Source of the DNA: an uncultured bacterium
GTDB taxonomy: Bacteria; Schekmanbacteria; GWA2-38-11; J061
Reading direction: 5' to 3'
Length of the DNA: 11,065 nucleotides
NCBI GenBank assembly: GCA_964549305.1
Contig: CAZJVM010000026.1
Coordinates: 23,322 to 34,386 of the forward strand
How positions within the stretch are numbered: position 1 is the first letter of the stretch; the number at the start of each line of letters is the position of its first letter. A model generated the notes under the pieces. It had not been told where the DNA came from and made no database searches. It worked only from the letters and a program-made list of their open reading frames with translations. Shown piece by piece: positions 1 through 8,525 of this stretch. Position numbers and translations under genes: made by a program.

Positions 1-92
1 AATGGGGTGAAAATGCGCGCAAAAGAGCGCAGAGGAAATACGACAGGACTGTTGTAAAGGAAAAATTTGTTTCGCTATTCGAAGATCTCTGA
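1..92 (+). CDS. 3' end of upstream gene (partial), probably GT4/GT-B glycosyltransferase
   Basis: Frame from nt 3 reads WGENARKRAQRKYDRTVVKEKFVSLFEDL* (TGA 90-92). This resembles the typical GT4 C-terminal helix 'MGENARKRAEEKFSWxxxxExYEEL'. It stops 14 bp before the flippase start. Only 29 codons are visible. Confidence 0.6.
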   Translation, partial: WGENARKRAQRKYDRTVVKEKFVSLFEDL

Positions 93-106
93 TTTAATTA
101 TATTTT

Positions 107-1639
107 ATGGATAAAAACGGGGATTTTACGCAAAGCGACAGTAAAGAGTTTATGGGCAAAAACGCCCGTTATACCGCCGCAGGCGTTTTGTTTTCATCAT
201 TCTTTGGCTTCCTCCTCTACTTTGCAATCGGCAGATTCTTCGGCGCGGGAAGCGTAAGCGACGCTTTTTTCGCCGCAAACATTATATGGATGATGTTTCT
301 AACATTTGCTTCCACATTCAGATACACGGTTTCTGTTATGCTTGCACCTCTTGAAAAAGCGGAAGAATTCAAAGCGCTTGAAGGAAAAGTGCTTACAACC
401 GTGATTTTCTTAATCATTCCCCTTTGTTTTATCATTTATATCTATTCTTACCAATTAACCGGACTTCTCGGCGCGGGATTTGACGCAAAGAGAATGGATA
501 TAGCGCGCAATCTCGTGAAGATAATGATACCGGGATTTTTCTTTGTCTGCGCGGGATTTGTTTTTTCGTCATCACTTGGCGCGCGGGGAATATTTTCCAT
601 ACCCGCGCTTGCCCTTGCATCATTGAATATGACCGCTTTCCTTATTTTTCTTTTGCTTAAAGATCCTTTGGGAATTTATGCCGTTGCAATCGGTCTTACT
701 GCCGGTTCGGTAATTTTTTTTCTTATTCTTCTTTCCGCTGTAACGGTTAAAGGGATTTTCCCCGGGTTAAAACTTGTTTCGCCGCGGATTTTCTTCAAAT
801 TTATGGCTGTTATTTTCGCCGGCGCGGGCGTTTATCTCTTCAATCAGCTCAACTATTGGGCTATTCAGAGTTTTTCATCTTTTTTTAGAGAAGGCATCCC
901 GAGTCTCTTTGCTTATTCAGCCACCGTTACGGCTTTCGTGATTTATATTATATCTTTTCCAATTTCGGTTGTTTCCGCGCCTTCCATGGCAAGACAGCGG
1001 GAAAACGTAGAGAAGTATTTTTTCGGCGCTCTTCGCCTCAATTCCATTTTCTCGATTCCTCTTGCCGTAATGGTATTTCTCTTTGCCGACAGTTGTGCGA
1101 AAATTTTGTTCGCGGGAAGTTTTTCGGATTTGCAGATTCAAATTCTCGCAGGGATGATCAAACTTTATATACCTGTCATAATTGCCGGTGGAGTGCTCCT
1201 TCAGTTTTTCTCACTCTTTTTCTCCATGGATATGAAAAGACATCTCTTTATATCCGGACTTTTGAGTATCCCTGTCAATCTGATTCTCTTGTATCTGCTT
1301 GAACCCTATACCGGGTATTATTCCCTTATGCTTTCACAACTCGGATTTACGCTTTTCATTCTTGCCTACCTCTTTACTTTTATGAAATCGCTTAAAATTA
1401 AAATCAAACCGCTGTGTATGGAAATTTTTCAACCCAATGTGGTCATTTGCGCCATTTTCGCTTCGGTACCCGTAAAGGTTATTATGTTTTTAATTGGCGA
1501 AAAAACTGATTTGCCTTTTTTGGGGGAATTCTTGCTAATATCAGGCGGAGTGCTAATATATCTTGTATCTTTCATTTTGCTTCTCAGGTTTTTGAGCAGG
1601 GCTAAATTCGAGGAAACGGCAGGGATGATTAAAAGATAG
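107..1639 (+). CDS. MurJ/MviN-like MOP-superfamily flippase (divergent; probably not the housekeeping lipid II flippase)
   Basis: 510 aa, hydrophobic throughout (about 12-14 TM segments). MurJ-like motifs include 'GRFFGAGSVSDAFFAA', 'GAGFD...RNLVKIMIPGFFF', 'LGIYAVAIGLTAG' and 'AYSA...PSMAR'. An alternative start is possible at M16 (nt 152). Confidence 0.8.
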   Translation: MDKNGDFTQSDSKEFMGKNARYTAAGVLFSSFFGFLLYFAIGRFFGAGSVSDAFFAANIIWMMFLTFASTFRYTVSVMLAPLEKAEEFKALEGKVLTTVIFLIIPLCFIIYIYSYQLTGLLGAGFDAKRMDIARNLVKIMIPGFFFVCAGFVFSSSLGARGIFSIPALALASLNMTAFLIFLLLKDPLGIYAVAIGLTAGSVIFFLILLSAVTVKGIFPGLKLVSPRIFFKFMAVIFAGAGVYLFNQLNYWAIQSFSSFFREGIPSLFAYSATVTAFVIYIISFPISVVSAPSMARQRENVEKYFFGALRLNSIFSIPLAVMVFLFADSCAKILFAGSFSDLQIQILAGMIKLYIPVIIAGGVLLQFFSLFFSMDMKRHLFISGLLSIPVNLILLYLLEPYTGYYSLMLSQLGFTLFILAYLFTFMKSLKIKIKPLCMEIFQPNVVICAIFASVPVKVIMFLIGEKTDLPFLGEFLLISGGVLIYLVSFILLLRFLSRAKFEETAGMIKR

Positions 1640-1645
1640 ATTGTA

Positions 1646-2374
1646 ATGCAGGAAAATAAAGAAAAGAATAGCGATAAACTTATAATCATAATACCCGCGT
1701 TCAACGAAGCGCAGGGCATTGCAAAAGTCATTGAAGACGTGCACGCCTCTTTTTCGCAGGCGGAGATTGTTGTTGTCGATGACGGTTCGAAAGACAATAC
1801 ATGGGAATCAGCAGGGAACTCAGGAGCTACCGTACTGCGGCTTTCTGCTAATATGGGATACGGCGCGGCACTTCAAACGGGGTTTCGCTATGCTGTTGAA
1901 AATCGCTATGAAAGGGCGGTTATTATGGACGGCGACGGACAGCACCTTGCGGGAGAGATAGAAAAAGTTTTGAATCCCCTCCTTGAAGAAGGATACGACC
2001 TTGTCATCGGGTCGAGATATTCGGGGGAGAAGAAATATGAAGGCTCTTTTTTTAGAAAACTCGGTTCCTACCTTTTTGCAAAGCTCGCTTCCCTTTCCCT
2101 TGGTTTTACCGTTACCGACCCTACATCGGGGTTTCAGGCATTGAGCGGAAGAATACTCAGGTTTTTCACCACTCCTGTTTATCCCTCAGACTACCCCGAT
2201 GCTGATATTTTAATTGCATCAAAGAGAAACGGTTTCAGGATTAAAGAAGTCTCCGTTGCAATGAAGGCAAACCCTTCCGGAAAATCGATGCATTCCGGAT
2301 TAAAGCCGCTTTATTATATATTCAAAATGTTCTTTTCCGTATTTCTCACTTTTTTGAGAAAAAAGGACTTTTAA
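1646..2374 (+). CDS. GT2 glycosyltransferase, DPM1/GacI/PpgS-like polyprenyl-phosphate sugar synthase
   Basis: 242 aa with IIIPAFNE, VVVDDGSKDNT, NMGYGAALQTGF, MDGDGQH (DxD), DLVIGSRY and TDPTSGFQA motifs typical of DPM1-like GT2. It lies directly upstream of a DUF2304 gene. Confidence 0.88.
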   Translation: MQENKEKNSDKLIIIIPAFNEAQGIAKVIEDVHASFSQAEIVVVDDGSKDNTWESAGNSGATVLRLSANMGYGAALQTGFRYAVENRYERAVIMDGDGQHLAGEIEKVLNPLLEEGYDLVIGSRYSGEKKYEGSFFRKLGSYLFAKLASLSLGFTVTDPTSGFQALSGRILRFFTTPVYPSDYPDADILIASKRNGFRIKEVSVAMKANPSGKSMHSGLKPLYYIFKMFFSVFLTFLRKKDF

Positions 2375-2379
2375 TTAAT

Positions 2380-2384
2380 GGAGG
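2380..2384 (+). promoter_or_regulatory. Shine-Dalgarno GGAGG for the DUF2304 gene
   Basis: GGAGG 6 nt upstream of ATG 2391. Confidence 0.75.
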
Positions 2385-2390
2385 AATGAA

Positions 2391-2735
2391 ATGCCGTTAA
2401 TTCAAAAAATATTTGCTCTATCCGTAAGCATAATTATTCTGGTGATTATTATCGAGCTTGTCAGGAGAAGGAAACTGCGTGAAGAATATTCCCTGTTATG
2501 GATTATCACCGGGATATCGATTATTGTTCTTTCAAGCTGGTACAAGCTTCTTCTCTTTATTACAAAGATGATTGGGGCGGTGCTTCCCACTTCAACGCTT
2601 TTCCTATTCAGTGTTCTCTTTCTCATTCTCATTAGTCTGCATTTTTCCGTTAAAATATCCATGCTTACCGATAAGCTGAAGGATGTCACTCAGGATGTAG
2701 CCCTTCTGCGGGCTAAAGTGGAAAAAGGAGAGTAG
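2391..2735 (+). CDS. DUF2304 family small membrane protein (GacJ/Rv3632-like partner of GT2)
   Basis: 114 aa, three TM helices, 'ELVRRRKLREEYSLLW' motif and C-terminal amphipathic 'SVKISMLTDKLKDVTQDVALL', characteristic of DUF2304. It sits in its usual position after a GT2 gene. Confidence 0.85.
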   Translation: MPLIQKIFALSVSIIILVIIIELVRRRKLREEYSLLWIITGISIIVLSSWYKLLLFITKMIGAVLPTSTLFLFSVLFLILISLHFSVKISMLTDKLKDVTQDVALLRAKVEKGE

Positions 2736-2747
2736 GAATTTCCGAAT

Positions 2748-4754
2748 ATGGGCATTAAAAAAAAAGCAGAAGAAAATATTAAGTCAGGGACAGCCGCCGG
2801 TATTCTCTTTGTTCTCCTTCTCGCTATATATGGGTTTTCCCTTGCATATCCTTTTCATTACGACGACTGGAAGGTAATAGTAAATAACGAGAGCATCAGG
2901 TATGCCGGTACGATGAAAAACGTACTTCTTTCCGAGGCGTCGCGCCCTTTAACGATTTTAACATTTGCCCTCAATTACGCCTTTTCGGGGACAAATCCCG
3001 CCTGTTACAGAGTAGTGAATATTCTGCTTCACTTTTTCAACTCCCTTTTTCTCTATTTCATCTTAACCTTTTTCACCGATAGCTATAAAAAAAAAATATC
3101 ACCCTATGCCGCTGTAATCTCCGCGGGAGTCTTTCTGGCCCATCCGGTTCAGATTGAGGCAGTTACCTATATATCAAGCCGCTCGGAACTTCTTTTCTGT
3201 TTTTTCTCCTTTGCGTCGTTTCTCATTTTCTTGAAAGCAGCAAACCGTGAAAGATTTCGCCTGTTGACGGCGTTGTCAGTTGTTATTTTTATCTTTGCCC
3301 TTGTTTCCAAGGAAAGGGCGGTGATGTATCCTTTTGTGGCGGGGATTTTCTTTGCCCTTTTTCCCCGTAATTTCAAAAAAAATATGGGCAGGATATATGC
3401 TTACCTGTCACTTTGCCTGATTGCTGATCTACTTTATGTTCTTTACAGATTTACCTTTGCGGCGAGTTTCGAGGTGCGTACCGCGGCACGCACCTACATA
3501 GAGCAGGCAAAGGGCGCTGTTGCAGTTCTTTTAATCTACGTGAGAATGCTTTTTCTTCCCTTTAACCAGAATATAGATCATACAGTTAATGTTCCTTCGG
3601 GGACTGCCCTGGTCAAAGACCTGTTTATGATATTTGTTCTGATTTTTTTAACGGCTTTAATTTTCCGGAAAAGGGATAAGTATTTTTTTCTTTTTCCGGG
3701 TATAATCATTTTTATTCTTCCCCTCATTCCCAATCTTCTCATTCCCATTGAAGACCTTATGACTGAGCGATGGATGTATATGTCTGTTGCGGGACTTTCT
3801 TTCGTAATACTTCAGGCGTTTGTATCAATCGGCGAAATTAAAAGAATCGGCGAAAAAATATTATTTGGTATTCTAATATTTTTTATCATTCTTTCCTGCG
3901 GAAGAAATGCTGTCTGGTCCGATGAAGTGAGCCTGTGGAACGATGCGGCAAAGAAATCGCCTCAAAAGGCGCGACCACTGAACAATATGGCTTATGTGCA
4001 TATTCAAAGAGGCGAATATGAGAAGGCGCGCGATGAGCTCGCAGAGGCAATCAGGCGTGAGCCTGGCTTTGCACAGGCATACTTTAACTTCGGCACACTC
4101 TTTTCAAAAACCGGAAACGGCCCAAAAGCGGTTGAGTTTTATAAAAAATCCTTTGAACTTGATAAGGGTTTTAAGGGAGCGCCCGTGAATATCGGAGTGA
4201 TTGTTGCCCGCGAAACGAAGGACTATGCTTCAGCGGAAAGATGGTTTAAGTATGCATTAAGCTTTGATGAGGATTTCATTCCCGCCCTTGAAAACCTTGC
4301 GGAACTCTATTATGCGACAAAGAGATTTTCAGAGGCGGGAGCGTACTTTGCGAAATTGAAAAAGATTGGCGTTAAAAACAGGGAATTTGAAATCAAAGCG
4401 GCTAATTCCTGCAGAAGGGCGGGGAATTTGAATGAGGCGATGAAACTTTATAGAGAATACATTAAGAAATATGGTGAAAGTGTTGAAGCTCTTTCGGGAA
4501 TGGCTAAAATCAGTTTTTCCCGCGGAGAAAACGAAAAGGCATATGCCCTTTTTAAAAGGGTAACGGAGATAAATCCGAAAACCCCCGAGGCATACGGCAA
4601 CATTGCCCTTATTCTTTTAAAGAATGGAAAAAAAGAGGAAGCTATTGAAAACCTCGAGAAAGTTATCCTCCTCAATCCGTCGGATTCAAGGGCGCGAAAT
4701 TTGAAAGATACCATCCTTTCCGAAATGAGAGAGGAACAAAGTAAAAAGGAATAA
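2748..4754 (+). CDS. TMTC-like GT-C glycosyltransferase with C-terminal TPR repeats (paralog 1)
   Basis: 668 aa. N-terminal TM followed by PFHYDD (DD at 2862-2867), YRVVNILLH, HPVQIEAVTYISSRSELL, LVSKE, ERWMY, RNAVWSDEVSLW, then roughly 7-8 TPR-like repeats (e.g. AYFNFG...KAVEFYKKSFELD, AYGNIA...EAIENLEKVILLNP). Confidence 0.85.
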   Translation: MGIKKKAEENIKSGTAAGILFVLLLAIYGFSLAYPFHYDDWKVIVNNESIRYAGTMKNVLLSEASRPLTILTFALNYAFSGTNPACYRVVNILLHFFNSLFLYFILTFFTDSYKKKISPYAAVISAGVFLAHPVQIEAVTYISSRSELLFCFFSFASFLIFLKAANRERFRLLTALSVVIFIFALVSKERAVMYPFVAGIFFALFPRNFKKNMGRIYAYLSLCLIADLLYVLYRFTFAASFEVRTAARTYIEQAKGAVAVLLIYVRMLFLPFNQNIDHTVNVPSGTALVKDLFMIFVLIFLTALIFRKRDKYFFLFPGIIIFILPLIPNLLIPIEDLMTERWMYMSVAGLSFVILQAFVSIGEIKRIGEKILFGILIFFIILSCGRNAVWSDEVSLWNDAAKKSPQKARPLNNMAYVHIQRGEYEKARDELAEAIRREPGFAQAYFNFGTLFSKTGNGPKAVEFYKKSFELDKGFKGAPVNIGVIVARETKDYASAERWFKYALSFDEDFIPALENLAELYYATKRFSEAGAYFAKLKKIGVKNREFEIKAANSCRRAGNLNEAMKLYREYIKKYGESVEALSGMAKISFSRGENEKAYALFKRVTEINPKTPEAYGNIALILLKNGKKEEAIENLEKVILLNPSDSRARNLKDTILSEMREEQSKKE

Positions 4755-6389
4755 ATGGAAAACATAAAGAATAGAAATGTCATTATAGCAGTATTCCTGA
4801 TGTTAATCATTCTTCTCATATATCTTCCGGCAGTGGATTTTCCATTTCAATACGATGATGTGAAGGTTATCGTGATGCCTGATGTAATCAAGACTTTGAG
4901 CATAGATAAAATTTTCGAAGACAATCCCTTTCGCTTCCTTCTTACGTTTTCTTTTGCCGTTAATTATTTTTTTTCCGGACTTTCGCCGTCAGGTTACAGG
5001 ACGGTTAATATTCTTCTTCACATTGAGAATACCCTTCTCTTTTATCTGATTTTCAGCCGTATCGAGGAATTAATTATTACCAAAAAAAAAGACGGGGAAA
5101 AGCTTTTTTTCACTCCTTCATCTGTTTCAGCTTTTTTCTTTGCCGTAAGCCCTCTTATGATTGAATCGGTGACTTATGTTTCCGGAAGGTCGGAGCTTTT
5201 ATGCGGTTTCTTTTTTTTACTCTCTATCTATTTTTTCCTTTCATTCATCGGGCAGGGAAAGGGATATTACCTCATTCCTTCTCTTTTAGCGGGAAGCGCG
5301 TCTGTGCTTTCAAAGGAGAGAGGGGGAATGCTCGTTTTTGTCATTTTCCTTATAATAGCCTTCGTGCCGGCAAAATTCAGGAAAAAAAAGGTCTATTATG
5401 CTCTCATTCCCTACTTTCTTTTGTTCATTTTTTATATTGTCTTCAGACAGCAGTTTCTCGGAGATACTTTCGAGTCGGGATTTCAAAGAGATTTTATGAG
5501 ACAGATTTTTTATCAGGGAGAAGCGCAAGTGCTGAATTTAAAACTCCTTTCTTTCCCGGTTAATCTCTGTATTATGTATCCCCATTATCTTTCGTCATCT
5601 TCTCCTCTTCTAAGATTTGCCGCCATTGTCCTGATTGTCATTTTTTTCATTGCCCTTACAATCAGAATTTCCTCATCGACAAAGGCGGGACTCTTCTGCT
5701 GGGCGTGGTTTTATATTATTATTGCGCCCAATATTATCGTACCCCTTCAGGATATTGCCGCGGACAGATGGCTTTACCTTCCCTCTGCGGGAATATTCTT
5801 TTTGGCGGGAATGATACTTTGCGGGAATGTTAAAAAGCCCGCCTTTGCGTCGCTTCGCTCTGCCTTGATTATTTCAGTTATCCTCTGCTTTACTCTTTTA
5901 TCAATTGACAGAAATATGGTGTGGCGAACGGAAATATCCCTTTGGCAGGATGCAGTGGCGAAGGCGTCTTCTTCGGCGCGTCCCTACAATAACTTCGGTG
6001 TTGCACTGGGAAAAAGCAACAGACTATCAGAAGCGAAAGATAATTTTCTAAAGTCTCTTTCAATCGATGAATATTATTCGCCGGCGTGGTCAAACTTCGG
6101 ATTTGCCTGCAGGAAAAGCGGGGACGAAATGGGCGTGCTGAAATCTGCCGCTCAGCTTTTACGGTGCGGAGAGCATTTCGCGCGCAGGGGGCAGATAAAG
6201 GAGGCGATAACTTCCTACAGGTCAATTCTTACCCTTGTGCCCGATTCCATTGCCGCGATGGGAAATCTTGCCTCCATCTATATAATGACGGGAAATTACG
6301 AGGTCGCGCGATTATATCTCAGAGACCTTTTAGAGATATCGCCATCAAACAGAATGGCAAGAGAAATGCTTTCAAAAATCGGAGAATAG
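4755..6389 (+). CDS. TMTC-like GT-C glycosyltransferase with short TPR region (paralog 2)
   Basis: 544 aa. PFQYDD (DD at 4854-4859), YRTVNILLH, SPLMIESVTYVSGRSELL, LSKE, ADRWLYLPS, RNMVWRTEISLW, then about 4 TPR-like repeats. The start directly abuts the upstream stop (TAAATG). Confidence 0.85.
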   Translation: MENIKNRNVIIAVFLMLIILLIYLPAVDFPFQYDDVKVIVMPDVIKTLSIDKIFEDNPFRFLLTFSFAVNYFFSGLSPSGYRTVNILLHIENTLLFYLIFSRIEELIITKKKDGEKLFFTPSSVSAFFFAVSPLMIESVTYVSGRSELLCGFFFLLSIYFFLSFIGQGKGYYLIPSLLAGSASVLSKERGGMLVFVIFLIIAFVPAKFRKKKVYYALIPYFLLFIFYIVFRQQFLGDTFESGFQRDFMRQIFYQGEAQVLNLKLLSFPVNLCIMYPHYLSSSSPLLRFAAIVLIVIFFIALTIRISSSTKAGLFCWAWFYIIIAPNIIVPLQDIAADRWLYLPSAGIFFLAGMILCGNVKKPAFASLRSALIISVILCFTLLSIDRNMVWRTEISLWQDAVAKASSSARPYNNFGVALGKSNRLSEAKDNFLKSLSIDEYYSPAWSNFGFACRKSGDEMGVLKSAAQLLRCGEHFARRGQIKEAITSYRSILTLVPDSIAAMGNLASIYIMTGNYEVARLYLRDLLEISPSNRMAREMLSKIGE

Positions 6390-6393
6390 TTAT

Positions 6394-8505
6394 TTGCGCT
6401 TCAAATATTTTTTTATTTTCATCGTTCTTGCGGCAGTATTGATTTATGTTTATGCCGATTCCTTCAATTCACCCTTTCAGTATGATGATGTCCGCACTAT
6501 CGCGTTGAATCAAAAAATAACGGATTTCAATCCGCTGAAGATTTTTCTGGATTATCCTTCGCGGGCATTTACGCAAATGACTTTTTCCCTTAATCTTGCC
6601 GTTGGGGGAATCGACACCTTTGGATTTCATCTTGTTAATTTCATTATCCATCTGCTGAACGGAATTTTGTTTTTTCTTCTGCTCAAATGTATGAGCGGGG
6701 GTGATGTGAAACTGTCACTTTTTGCCTCGGCGCTTTTTCTTCTCTATCCGGTCAATGTGGAAGCGGTAACATATATTTCGGCAAGGTCGGGACTTCTATC
6801 TTCCTTTTTTTTGCTTGCCGGAATGCTCTCATTTATCAATTCTCAAACTTCAAAGAGGATGGTTTCCAAGTGGTCCCTTTTATCCCTTTTCCTTTTCTTT
6901 TTCGCCTCTGTGAGCAAGGAGTCGGGTTTTGTCTTCCTTTTCTTTCTTGTGCTTTATTTCCTGTCATTTGAAAGGGGAAACACTGAAGGATTGAAGAAGT
7001 ATCTGCCTTTTACATTCCTGTGGGTTGTTCTGGTCATATCCTATTTTATATATAATTCCGGTACAGTGCCCGGCAAAAGAAGCCATTCACTTGTTACCCA
7101 TTTAATAACTCACGTCGATGCGTCTGAAAAATATCTGCGTTTATTTCTTTTTCCCGTTAATCTGAACATTGACCATTATTTTCCCTTAAGGCCATATCCC
7201 GGCATTAAAACATTATGTTTTTTACTTCTCATAATTGCCGCGATATATTTCCTCTTTTGGAAGGGAAAGTCGCCTGCAGGAAAATTTTTTGCGGGATTCT
7301 ATTTTGTTTCTTTTTTGCCTGTTGCTCTTGTGCCTCTTAATGACATTGTTTCGGAGAGATGGATGTATCTTGCTTCACTATCCCTATCATTCTTTGTCGC
7401 TAAGTGTTTTCTGGTTTCTGAAAAATATGCCAAAGGAGACGGCATAAGATTGTTCATTGCTAAAGCACTTCCTTTAATTTTAATTGTCTTGTTCGCCCTG
7501 AATACGCAAAATCGCAATGCCCTCTGGATTGACGATGTCGCTCTCTGGCAGGACGCGGCAAAAAAGTCGCCTGAAAAAGCGAGACCCTATCTCAATCTCG
7601 GTTCAGCGCTTCTTTCAAAGTCAGCTTTTTCAAAAGCGGAGTCAGCTTTAAAAACCGCTGTGCTCATCGATAATGAATCTGCCGAACCTTATCTAAATCT
7701 CGGACTTTTAAAAGTTATGGAGGGTAATATGGGCGAGGCATTCAATTTTTTCAGGAAAGCTGAAAGCATTAATCGTGAATCTCCCTATGTGCGAAACAAT
7801 TTCGGCAACTTTTTCAGGGATACGGGAAACTTAGAAAGGGCGGAAAATGAATACAGAAAAGTTATTTCCCTTATGCCGGCATTTGCCGAAGCGCACGGAA
7901 ACCTCGGAATTGTTTTAAAGAGGATGGGAAGATACAAAGAGGCGGAAGATGAAATAAGAAACGCGTCCCATATGGATAAATTCAGATATAAATGGAGAAA
8001 CGAGCTTGCTATTTTGTACCTTGAAAGAGGGATAATGGAAAAAGCGGGGGAAATCATAGAAAATCTGATTTCTGATTTTCCGAATGTTGCAAGTGTAAGA
8101 AACACAAAGGGGATTTTTCTTGCTAAAAGCGGAAAAATCGCGGAGTCCGAAAAAGAATTTTCGAGAGCATTCACGCTTTCCCCCTCCAATATTAATTACC
8201 TTACTAACAAAGCGCTTGCTCTAAAAAAAGCAGGGCGCTTAGATGACGCGTTGACCTGCTTTGACATTGCCGAAAGGCATTATCCCAAAGCATATGATAT
8301 ACTCTTTAACAAGGGCGTAATTCTCTTTATGAAAAAAAAATATGATAACTCCGAAAAATATTTTAAAAAAGCACTGATGCTGAATCCGTCATTTGCCCTT
8401 TCGTGGAAATATCTCGGCGATATTGAATTTGCGCGGGGAAACAGGGTTCAAGGGTTAAAATTTTATTCATCTTATCTTAAATACGGGCAAAAAAATATTA
8501 ATTGA
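6394..8505 (+). CDS. TMTC-like GT-C glycosyltransferase with long TPR array (paralog 3), TTG start
   Basis: 703 aa. PFQYDD (DD at 6484-6489), FHLVNFIIH, YPVNVEAVTYISARSGLL, VSKE, SERWMY, RNALWIDDVALW, then about 9 TPR-like repeats. The TTG start is supported by GGAG at 6381-6384 and by the need for the N-terminal TM helix before YDD. Confidence 0.83.
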   Translation: MRFKYFFIFIVLAAVLIYVYADSFNSPFQYDDVRTIALNQKITDFNPLKIFLDYPSRAFTQMTFSLNLAVGGIDTFGFHLVNFIIHLLNGILFFLLLKCMSGGDVKLSLFASALFLLYPVNVEAVTYISARSGLLSSFFLLAGMLSFINSQTSKRMVSKWSLLSLFLFFFASVSKESGFVFLFFLVLYFLSFERGNTEGLKKYLPFTFLWVVLVISYFIYNSGTVPGKRSHSLVTHLITHVDASEKYLRLFLFPVNLNIDHYFPLRPYPGIKTLCFLLLIIAAIYFLFWKGKSPAGKFFAGFYFVSFLPVALVPLNDIVSERWMYLASLSLSFFVAKCFLVSEKYAKGDGIRLFIAKALPLILIVLFALNTQNRNALWIDDVALWQDAAKKSPEKARPYLNLGSALLSKSAFSKAESALKTAVLIDNESAEPYLNLGLLKVMEGNMGEAFNFFRKAESINRESPYVRNNFGNFFRDTGNLERAENEYRKVISLMPAFAEAHGNLGIVLKRMGRYKEAEDEIRNASHMDKFRYKWRNELAILYLERGIMEKAGEIIENLISDFPNVASVRNTKGIFLAKSGKIAESEKEFSRAFTLSPSNINYLTNKALALKKAGRLDDALTCFDIAERHYPKAYDILFNKGVILFMKKKYDNSEKYFKKALMLNPSFALSWKYLGDIEFARGNRVQGLKFYSSYLKYGQKNIN

Positions 8506-8525
8506 AAAAGGAAAATCGGGAATAG

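Noticed and set aside
107-1639. Calling the flippase murJ
   Set aside because: Key cationic residues appear to be missing and the context is not peptidoglycan synthesis, so no symbol was given.
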